Part shown: positions 38,162-48,599 of the stretch, in pieces
Layout: each line of letters begins with the position of its first letter
Position numbering within the stretch: position 1 is the first letter of the stretch
Source: Cycas panzhihuaensis
Taxonomy: Eukaryota; Plantae; Cycadophyta
Reading direction: 5' to 3'
DNA length: 64,000 bases
Assembly: GCA_023213395.1 (NCBI GenBank)
Contig: CM041465.1
Location: 123,325,741 to 123,389,740, forward strand
Notes under the pieces: generated by a model
Database searches by the model: none
The model's input: only the letters and a program-made list of their open reading frames with translations
What the model was told of the DNA's origin: nothing
Position numbers and translations under genes: made by a program

Positions 38162-41100
38162 TCATGAGGTGTCCATGGCGCCCGAGTGTTGGGATGCTGA
38201 CTGGGATATCGATGTGGTTGTTTGGTCTGGATCTTGTGACTGTTCTAGAACCATGGTTACTTTTGCTCTTAAGCATCCGTCGATTGTAATCATGATTTGA
38301 GGGTACTCTGCATAGTTCAGGACGGTGAGATCTTTGAGTACCGCTGTTGGTCCTATTATTCTGCCATTCTAAAACAGCTCTCCATAAAATGGAACTAACT
38401 CTTTGCCGAAACTTACAAAGCTTCCGGAGAACCTATAATACTGAGGCAGAAATATTAGATTTGACAACTTTCCACAAAATAGGACATATTTTACAATTTT
38501 TACTGTAAATATACTTCAGTCAGTAGAGTTAACAAGGATACTTGTTCTGCAATTTGCATCTGGGAAGAGTGTGATGACACATTTTCTGGAATGTCCCTAA
38601 AATTGATTGGATGCAGTTTCGCAGAAATTGAATATATCTTGTTCAGATACCAACGGTTCTTCATAATTCCACTGCATGAGATTTTGTTTGCAGTGATGTA
38701 CCATGAAGATCGCCATTTCCCTTGTTAGGGCATCATGGAGGCTATTTTGTTTTCCCGGAATAAACTCCACATTGAATTGGTATTGTGATAACGGAGTTTG
38801 CCACCAGGCATATCTTCCTCGGCACAGTTGCGCTGATACTGGTTTATTCATGAAGAATTTAAAATTTCTACTGTCTGTTCTAATGGTGAATTGTTCAGGC
38901 AGTAGGTATTGTCTGTAAGCCTCAATTCCTTTTACAATAGACAGTATCTCTTTTTTTGCTGGCCAGTAATTGAGTTCATATTTTTTGAACTGTTCACTTC
39001 TATGCTGCTAGAGCCTTTCTTCCCTATCTCCTTTTTATCGAAGTATTGTCGCCCAATTTTCTTTTGATGCGTCAGTTTGGAGTACATATGGTCCTTTTAA
39101 AGCAGGTGCCAGTGCTGGCAGTTTTAGGCATTGTTCCTTTATCTTTTTAACGGCTACTGTTGCTTCTCCTGACCATTTGAATCCTTATTTGTTGCAGCAT
39201 CTTCTGGTTGGTGCAGTCTTCTTGAAACAATCTTTAATATACATGTGTACATAGTTAATGCAACCCAAAAATCTTTGGCATTGCTCTACATTTTCTAATT
39301 TGTCAGGGAAGCCTATAATTTTCTTAATTACATGATCCTGCATTTGGATACAATTATGAGAAATATTTACACCTAAGAATTCTATTTTATTTATAGCCAC
39401 CTGAAATTTTTTGTCATCTGCAGCTAGTCCGATGCCGTGCTCTTTTATGATTCTTCTAAAGAGTTTGAGATGATACCAGTGCTCCTCTATGTTGTCAGAG
39501 AAAATTAAGAAGTCATCTATATAATTGGCTACAAAATGGTGGAACTTGTTAAATATTCCATCCATTCTCATTTGGAACTGAACGGGGGCACTTTTTAATC
39601 CAAATGGCATAACAAGCCATTCATAAAGCCCCATTGGAGTAATAAAGGCATCTTTTGATATCACCTTTCGATTATTGATTTGATGGTAGCGATTCTGATC
39701 GAACTTGGAAAAAATCCTGCCTTTTGCAACTTTGTTGATGAGTTCTTCTTTATTTGGCAGGGGCCATTTAATGTCGACCGTGATGACGTTCAGAGGGATG
39801 TAGTTTATCACCATCCTTGCTTTACCCCTCCTTTGTGTTGCATGATTTCTAACAATAAAGGCGGAACAACTATAAGAAGAACTAGAAGCTCTGATCAAAC
39901 CTTTTTCTTCTAATTCTCTTACCTGACTTCGCATTTCAACGTCGTCACTGGAATTGAGCACAATTCTTTTCCCTTGTATTGGGTGATCACGAATTGTTGG
40001 GATTGACGCCCAAAACTCATCTCTTTCCCAGTTCTGTAGCGGATGTTCAATGCAGCATTCTTTCAAAGCTTGAATTGTTTCTACTAAGCACTTTCACGGA
40101 TCTTTGGGTTGATACCTCGAATATACGTATTTTGAGCAGTTCCTTTTACATTCTTTTCTTCTTCTTCTTTTATAATCTGCTCCAAAGACTTTTCTGCTTC
40201 AAGCTAATGAATGTGCACCTTTTTCTTTCTTTCTGAAATTCTGGGTAGAATTACCCGTTCACCTGCTATATGAAATGTGATTGCATTTGATGAAAAACCA
40301 TAAGGTGACAAAGAATCAAGGAATGGATATCCTATACCAGTGTCAAATTCAAAATTTTGCAACTGTGCAAATGAGGCTGTGCCTTCAAAGGATCCTAGCT
40401 TGATTGGCACCTTAAAGGCCCAATACTTTATCTGCAATGGTCCATTGGTCGAATTTACTGTCTCTGGCTTACTTTGAATCCATCACGAGAATGTATTTGG
40501 GGCTGCAAAATTGATGTCTGCTCCAGTGTCTATGAAGACTGTACAAAGTTTGAACCTCCTTTTACCATCTATTGCTACATACATTTGTGTTAATATCTGA
40601 CTTTTGTTAGATAACAACTCGTTTATATGCTTTTGTTGTTTTCTTATGGCATCCGGATATATTGGTTCATGTGTTAATCTTTTTGCGAAAAATTTGTATA
40701 CAGGGGTTAATACTTCTTTTCCTTTTAGGTACCTGACTGGTTGTAATTTGTATTTATAATGCAGTTGCTCTTCTTCGTCTGATTTCGAAGTTGTTGCAGT
40801 GTCTGAACTGCTTCTTTGTTTTTTTGTCGAGCATTCTGCTTCATTATTACACAGGAATTAAGCTTCTTCTTCTACATCTGAATATCCTGTGTTTTTCTTC
40901 ATCTGAAATCTCTATGTCTGAAAATTCGTCTGAATTGTAATAGCTTCTGGCCATGTTTATGTGGAACATGTAGTCCTCTACCTCTTCTATTTCTTTGTCT
41001 GAATTAATTTCAAATATTTCTTAGGCGGTTTCTATGTCATCGACTAATTCGACCAACTCCCATTCTTGCTCAAACTGTCTGTCCTGGAACATCATCTTTA

Positions 41101-43513
41101 CCTTCTTTGGTGCCTTGGAAGGGCACTTATGGGCATAATGCCCCATTTCTTTGCAAGCATAGCAGCAAACCTTAGAAAGATCTTTTCTTAAAGGAATTCT
41201 TCTTCTTCTCATGCACCTATATGGTTTGAACCTCCTTTGAAATTGTTTTCTGCTTTTCTTCTGGAATTTTTTAGGCCTTGTTGTTCCAAATTGGTTACAA
41301 CCTTCTATTTTTGAGCAAATACTTGAGGGCAACGATTTCAGACTGTTCTGTGTCCTTGTGTGTAGACACAGGCTTCTTATTTCTAATCTAATCATTTCAG
41401 TTATATAAGAAAAATACAGATTAGATATATACAAGTTTTGCATACGCATTCTATCCTCTACAAGCTTGCCTAATCCCATAGGTATAGCATTTAAGTATTG
41501 CATTTTTACAAAGTCATTCCTATGCAAACTTAATTTATATACTTGCTGTATATATTCCTTTTGGAAGGCTTCGAATTGACTCAAGTCTCTTAGTCTTAAG
41601 GCAACTAGATTTATTTGGTCCATTTGTGCCTTGAACGGCTGATTCAGATAGAATTTAATGTATAAAGTTTCCTCTAGCTTGAACATTCCTCCACCCACCC
41701 TATTACCTTTGTCATCTTTGGGACCAAACTTAATATCTTGCTTTCCCTCTTCGGCGCCTGCATACCACCAATCGTGAGCTATCCCGAGCATGTTTCTTAT
41801 TGCCTATTCTACCGCTTGATCACCTGGTATGTTGTTCAATTCTGATGTGGTCAAGTAGTGCATAGCCCATGTATGTATAATGTGTGATGGATCTGCAATT
41901 CTGTCTATGTTGAGCAAGAGATTTGATCTTGCTCCTTGAGGGATGGTCGCCTCTGCTGCTTGAGTCGCACCATCATATTCATTCTTAAGTTTATATACAT
42001 TCTTCTTTGAAGAAGAGGTGGCATAACTGGATGAACTGGCAATATTTGTCCGTACAACATACATTGGACTTACTGTAGGTGTCAGTGGAGATACCTGAGG
42101 AATGATTACCGATTTTTCTTCTTTCTTATTTTCACAAGTTAATAGCATCTCCATGCTAGTCGTTAACTCTGCTATATCATCGGTTATGTCATCCACCTTT
42201 GTATGCAGATTATCAATATTTTTTTCTGCAAATGATGTCCAGGTATTTAAATAATTTAATTGCCTGGTCGTTTCTGTTTGATCTGCTCTCTCTATTACAT
42301 CATGTTCCAGTAGGAATGAGCAGTCAGCTCGGCTAGTTGGGCTTTTTATGTCTGTAACGGTTGTGCAAAAAGAATGATGTGGAGGCCATTTTCCTCCCTT
42401 TACAAACGTTTTGTTCCCATATTTTATTTCCTGCCTTATGGGACTTTCTGTATTTCTCTTTCTTCTTACACTGAATGCCATAATGTGAGGTCTTCTCCTA
42501 GAATTGATTCTTTCAATTTTTGCATGTATATCAAAGGTGTGAATCACAATCTGATTGTCCTCTGGGACTGCATCATAGGAGACTGAGGGTCTTGATGTCT
42601 TTCTCCATTTTCCCTCTTCTTCCTCATTATCAGTTTCAACATTTGAATAGGAGTATGAAGGTTCAGGTAAGTCTTCTACCTTAGCCTTGATTGTTTTCAT
42701 TTGAACCGTTCCAATCCTTTTACAAACATTTCTTGGATAAACATAAAACTTGTTTCTTATCATTGGTCTCTGTGTAAACTCTTGAGATTGCATGTACTCT
42801 TCCAAAACTGGATATGAGTTCACAACACCACTTTCAATTCTTTTGCCACAGTCTTTCAAATTTTCTGAACCAATGGGGAAATTCACAGCATAGTTTTTAC
42901 ATACAGGAGCAAAAACCGAATTCATCAATCTAAAAATACATCTGCTACCAATGGTGCAATGTACCGATCCCGGTAGCATACTTAAACCTTTAATTTCTAT
43001 ACACAAAATAAAGGCATTGGTTATGTGTGCATCATCTAAAGCCATTGTAAAGTTGAGTTGAACACAGCACACTGCATCCTAATTCAACTGTGCTCTGAGT
43101 TGACACACCAGTTCATCGTCCCAGTTGATATGCCTTACATCTAGCAGAGAGGCTTGAAACTCTGCGTATATGTCATAGTTGAAGTGAGGATGGATGACTA
43201 TATCAATTTCTGAAAAGTGAATGTAAAAGTGTTTCTGTAGTATCCATCTGGTTACTTCTTCTTTTGTTACAAACGGAAGAAAAACCGCCATTTTACCATC
43301 TCCTTTGAGTTGCAAGTTTACTTCTGTTTGTTTTACTGTGCTTAAGCATCTCGCTTTAAAGCTTGACTCATTATAGAGGTCTGGGACTGTCATGTTGGGA
43401 TATTCAAAGTCGCCCTGAGAGTTAACATAAGTCTCATTTTCTGTCACAAACTTATGAATTAGCTGGGTTGATCCCTGTACAGCTAATTTGTGACTGGTTA
43501 CTGTTCCTGCCAT
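38162..43513 (-). pseudogene. Caulimovirid single polyprotein MP-CP-AP-RT-RH-extension (~1780 codons reconstructed)
   Basis: ATG at 43513. MP motif HFSEIDIVIHP..LLDVRH. In-frame stops at 43079, 41804 and 41021 (consistent with CAG/CAA deamination) link the track ORFs. CYACKEMGHYAHKC knuckle; VFIDTGADINF at ~40522-40530; RT 39185-40066; RNase H to ~38720. The frame continues, through two stops, to TGA at 38162-38164. Confidence 0.85.
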
Positions 43514-43631
43514 TTTACTGTAGATCTAAAATTTTTTTGGCAGAATAACACTTCTCTTACAGTCAGTCAAACAGTGACTAAAGCCTTTCGATTCGCAGGT
43601 CAGGCCTTAGAATTTCTCAAGAACGAAACAT

Positions 43632-43644
43632 GGCTCTGATACCA
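43632..43644 (-). promoter_or_regulatory. Viral minus-strand primer binding site (tRNA-iMet)
   Basis: GGCTCTGATACCA is the reverse complement of TGGTATCAGAGCC, ~120 nt upstream of the MP ATG. Confidence 0.92.
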
Positions 43645-45924
43645 AGTTGGGTGTGGGAAATACTTATGCTACTTTCTGATCACCAAGATCCGAGTGGGCG
43701 AGAACAGAACTCTTTTAGAAAGAGTAAGGAGTATGCTTAGTAATGCAGGAGTGGAGCATGGCTTATGGACAAAAGTAGTTCAAACAACTTGCTATCTAGT
43801 AAATAGATCACCATTAGTTGTAATAGAATGCAAAATTCCTAAAGAGGTATGGACATGACACCTATGCGATTATTTAAATTTGAAAATATTTGGTTGTGAT
43901 GCTTATGCTTTGACTAATAAAAGTTAGCATACTAAATTAGATGCAAAATCTAGAAGATACATCTTTGTTAGGTATGGTGATAGGGATGGAGTTGGAGGAT
44001 ACAAGTTGTGGGACCCTACTTCCCACAAAATCATCATCAATAGAGATGTGGTATTTGATGAATCTCCCTTCCTAAAATCACACTTTGTAGAAGTTGAAAC
44101 GAAATAGGAACAAAAAATAGAATATCAACAGGTAAAATTTAAAATCCAATCATCTTCAAAAGCAAAAAAGGATGAGAGTTTTTTAAAGATGAACTTATAG
44201 AAGAAATACAAGAATATGAGGATACTCCTCAACCATCTCTAAGAAGATCTACACGGGTTAGACATCCTTCTGAAAGGTACAACCCAACTAGTTCTATTGC
44301 TTTGATTTCGAATGATGGAGAACCTACATGTTTTCAAGAAGCAATGGATGATATCCATAGAGCATGGTGATGAGGGCTATGTAGGAAGAAATGGAGGCCT
44401 TGGAGAAGAATAACTCTTGGGACCTGATAAAACTTCCACAAGGTAGGAAAACTGTTGGTTGTAGGTGGGTCTACAAAAAGAAAATAGATGTTGATGGGAA
44501 AGTTGAAAGATATAGAGCAAGATTAGTGGCAAAAGGTTTTACACAAAAAGTAGATATAGATTTCCATGAAATATTTTCATGAGTTGTTAAGCTTGTTTCT
44601 ATTTAGTTTCTGTTATCATTAATAGCTTCACTCAATTTAGCGCTGGAGCAATTAAATGTTAAAACATCATTTCTACATGGAGATTTAGAGGAGCAAATAT
44701 ATATAGAACAACTATAAGACTTTGTACATGATGGCAAAAATAGACTTGTTTGTAGGATCAAGAAATCTTTGTATGGCCTGACGCAATCATTTAGGCAATG
44801 GTACAAGAAAGTTTGATTCCTTCATAGAGATCCAAAATTTAAAACAAAGTGAGTATGACCATTATGTTTATTTTAAAATCTTGGTCAATGGTTTATTCAT
44901 TATTTTGGTGTTATATGTTGATGACGTGCTTGTGGCAAGCAAAAGTATGGCATAAATCAATAGGTTGAAGGCTCAAATGGCTAGGACGCTTGATATGAAG
45001 GATCTTGGTGTAGCAAAACAAATCTTAGGCATGGAGATTATAGACAAGAAGAATGGTAAGCTTTGGTTGTCATAACAGAAATATGTCGAGAAGATACTAT
45101 TAGATTTGGTATGGCGAATGTGAAACCTGTTAGTATCTCGTTTGCTTCTCATTTCAAGCTTTCTTCAAGTTTATGTTCTAGGTTTACATAAGAAAAAAAA
45201 TATATGTCTCATGTTCCTTATGCTAGTGCAGTAGGAAGCTTAATGTATGCCATGGTATGTATAAGATCTGATATTTCACATGCAGTCGGTGTGGTTAGCA
45301 GATATATGGTAAATCTAGGGAAAGAACATTAGGCAGTAGTGGAATGGATGCTTTAGTATTTAAGAGGCACAAGTGACTATTACATCACTTTTAGTAGTAC
45401 AGGTAATTCAGTTTGTGGTTATGTGGATTCAGATTTTGTAAGAGACTTTGATAAAAGAAGATCAACTTCAAGTTATGTATTTACGCTTGCAAATGGTTTA
45501 ATTAGTTGGATGTCTAAACTTTAAAGTACAATTGCTTTATCTACTACAAAAGTTGAGTATATTGTTATAGCACATGCTTGTAAGGAGGCAATTTAGTTGC
45601 AGGGTCTATTGGGTGAGCTTGGAAGGAAACAGGATAAGGTAAAGGTATTTTGTGATAGTCAAAGTGCGATTTACTTAGTTAAGAATTTGGCTCATCATAA
45701 GAGGACAGAGCACATTACAATTAAATATCATTTTATTAGATAGGTTGTTGAAGTAAGTAGAGTAACACTTGAGAATGTTCATACAATGCAGAATTATGCA
45801 GACATGTTCACTAAACCAATACTGCTAAAGAAGTTCAAATGATGTTTGGTTTCTCTTGGCTTATATAAAAAGTGATGAATGGTTGAAGGAAGGTATCATG
45901 CAAATTTATTATCATGGTGGAGAT

Positions 45925-46558
45925 TATTGGGTATGTGACAATAATGTATAAGGAGGTTAAAATTTTAGACATTTTTCAGTGCGGTTTTCTCCACCAACTT
46001 TCTTTGAGGGTGGGGGGGGGGGGATCCAAATGGAGCGATAGTCCCCCCTTAGCCAGGGAGTGTGGGGCGTGTCGGAACCTGGCCCCCCATAAATGGAGGT
46101 TCAGGGGTGCTAGCCCCTAAAGCAAAAAGCTAAAATTCAAAACCTACTAAATTGTAAAGAGAATTAAGGCCGTTCATCAAGAAGGTCGTATATCTAATGG
46201 TTGAGATTATGTACCTTCTTATATGTAACCCGATTTGGGGTAATTGTATCGTATTTTGAGTGGGTGACTGTTAGTTGTTGCTACTGTGAGAACTCTGTGG
46301 TAGTTACATATACAAAATTTTCATTCTTAATTAATAAAACTTGATACGTTTCCTGTGTGGATGTTTCCATAGCACATTGTTAAGGTTTTACCATGTTAAA
46401 TTTGGTGTACTTGATAATGTGTATGCTTGCTTGTGTATGTTGAATGATATCTGGTTTATGTACTTGTATTTATTATAGTTTTGAATCTTTGCTCTTGTCG
46501 TAAAATAGATAGATCTTGGTGGTCGGTTTTGGTTATTTAAAACTAGGTTTTCTCAACA
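45925..46558 (+). repeat. 3' LTR of Copia A
   Basis: Follows the PPT and matches 27050-27155 plus 32275-32766. Confidence 0.9.
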
Positions 46559-48120
46559 CTCCTTGAGACCAAACATTAGGGCCTATATTAGGGTAGATTT
46601 ATTAAAGAGTTTATTAGAATGTATCCATATCTAGTGTGGGGATGTAGTCCCTAATTAGAACGTACTATATCTTAATATCCCCAACTCTCACTTTAGATGC
46701 CACTTTAAGGAGAATATGATGAAGAGTTACCCTTTAAATAAGGCTATAGAAATCCAAAATCTTGTTAAGCTTGATAGTCCAAATCTTGTGTTAGAAACCT
46801 CAAATGGTTGGATTGAAGTACCAACAAAAAGGCAATCAATAAGATTAAGCTTAGACAACAATCCACTATAGAAAAAATACCTTAGTAGGTGAATCCAAAA
46901 CCCAAAAATAAAGAGCCACAACCATCGGGTAGGGAGAACGACAAGGGAAAGATTTTTGAACCAATGTTTACAGACCTCCTTTAGTCACACCCAAACCTAT
47001 ATCCCCTTATGATATATCCAAAACTCCTAGGGCCAAAGGGAATACTAAGGAGGAGAATGGAGAAGTCTCTATCAAGGCCTTTTTTGACCTCATCATTAAG
47101 TGACCTAAGTCTTCTAGCAGTTCCCCCAAGTCTAATCATTTTTTTTTTATCAAGTGACAATTTGAAAGGGGAGGGTGGTAACATGGACATGGAAGATATC
47201 CATGATAAACATTATTAGTTAGAATATAAGGGGTTTATGTAACTACTTTAAATGTATGGTGGTAAAGAAATTTTGTTATATAGGTTTACAAGTTTAAATG
47301 TCCTTTGCCTATTGGAAGTTAAGTATTCTAATAGTAATCTAAAGTTTATGGCTATATATATTTGGATTGATGCCATCCATTTCTTTATGATGCATGATGA
47401 GGGACAAGGTGGTGCACTTATTTTGCTCAAATCTTAGTGGGGCAAACATGTCGTCATGAATGTTTTAAACCCTTAGAATAGGCGTGTGTGTGTGGCTTAT
47501 CATTAAGTATGATAATATATTTTTAGGAGTTCTCATTGTTTATGTATCTAACCTTCCTAATGAAAAAGCCATCTTATGGAACTAGTTGCATGTCAACTTG
47601 CTCAACATTACGTGGGTGGTTTGTAGGGACTTTAACATGATTAAATCCCTAGATAACAAAACAGAAGGCAAGCCTTTTAGATGGAACCATAATAAAAGGA
47701 TTAAGTGGCTTTCCTTCAAGAATAAATTTAGTCTATATGACCTAAATGTTTCTAGAAGGAGGGGAAGGGCACAATCCTTAGTTCACCTAATCTAATTTTA
47801 GGCATAATAAGGATAGAATCCTAAAGAGACTTGAAGGAGATATGTTATCCTTAGATTAGCATTTTAGATTTCTACAATATTGTTCTTGTCGTGTCAAGGT
47901 GGTGAATGATACCCTTCTATTTGACCATCATCCTATCACTTCTAGCATCACTTAAAGGGAAGATAGAGCCGAACCTACTCATTTAATCTCTAAGTTGAAT
48001 ACCTCCTACCTATTAAGCATCCAACACATTTGAATACTCTGTCTACAATGGATCAGAGATAAGGGTTGCATTACTTAGTAGGAGGAGGTTGCTATAGCAG
48101 TAAAGAATGCAATGAAGCCA
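46559..48120 (+). mobile_element. Degenerate L1-type LINE (ORF1 tail and APE endonuclease); its 5' part probably lies at ~26200-26752
   Basis: APE-like motifs WVVCRDFNMI (GDFN) at ~47610, DRILKRL at ~47812 and LFDHHPI (SDHxP) at ~47920. The Copia A TSD shows 26752 and 46559 were once contiguous. Confidence 0.6.
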
Positions 48121-48599
48121 ATAATTGATAGGATTAACTATCAAAACATTAAAAATTAATTCTAAATTTTTTTTATATAATCTTTATTTAATAAATGTCT
48201 CACATTATAAACTAACACAAATAATATCTACTTCTTATTCATGCCAATTATTGTTAGAAACAATGAATATATAGATTGATTGTGTGCACACCATGTAAAG
48301 GAACTAGTATGTAATGCAAATAATGTCGAAAGTTGCCAAAAAACCCACCACCAAATATAGATCACATTGGAATAGAATATATCAAAGTACAAATGGACTT
48401 CAGATATATATAGATTCGTAAGTGCCGCAATATCCAAATATTTATATCTGTCAGTCCAAATGTAACATATAAGAATCACATACATTATTAATCCTCATTT
48501 ACATTAGTCAAGTAACACCTTTTTAACATCCCCTCTTGATGTAAATGTAGGGTCTTCAAGTCTTCCAAGGGTCGATCTAACCTTTATCATTGGATATAG

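Larger units (their letters stand above)
37399..43702 (-). mobile_element. Endogenous caulimovirid, complete ~6.24-kb genome (37401-43644) plus 58 bp of terminal redundancy
   Basis: 30K movement protein, Zn-knuckle capsid, protease, RT and RNase H in one frame order, with no integrase. tRNA-Met PBS at 43632-43644; the sequence following it (43645-43702) repeats the start of both copies. Confidence 0.93.
32838..45875 (+). pseudogene. Disrupted gag-pol of Copia A; integrase interrupted by viral DNA at 34445-43702
   Basis: MVKVTNAKFKVEKFN..NFELWKL, zinc knuckle CWHCNKIGH..DC, WLLDSSAS, YFVTLINDYSRKVW, PQ*NGI | NRTLLERVRSML, RWVYKKK..RYRARLVAKGF, LYVDD, and RNase H to 45875. Confidence 0.92.
26753..46558 (+). 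mobile_element. Ty1/Copia element A (Tnt1/Tork-like), three-LTR tandem structure carrying two nested insertions
   Basis: LTR starts TGTTGGGTATGTGACAA at 26753 and 27050 and TATTGGGTATGTGACAA at 45925. LTR ends TTCTCAACA at 32766 and 46558. PBS TGGTATCAGAGCC at 32769-32781. PPT GGTGGAGAT before 27050 and 45925. Flanks CTCAT (26748-26752) and CTCCT (46559-46563) form a 4/5 TSD. Confidence 0.88.

Noticed and set aside
37588-38289. Plus-strand ORFs (103 aa, 63 aa) as antisense viral genes
   Set aside because: They have non-ATG or weak starts, are not preserved as equivalent ORFs in copy 1 and contain no motifs.
34445-40345. Assembly artefact duplicating the viral segment
   Set aside because: The copies differ by many transitions and distinct indels, and the junction has a structured micro-inversion. 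The garbled stretch near 39655-39700 may still contain base-call errors.
34445-43702. Ty3/Gypsy retrotransposon with LTRs
   Set aside because: It has a 30K movement protein, no integrase, no TG...CA LTR pair and no TSD. The direct repeats are duplicated viral genome segments.
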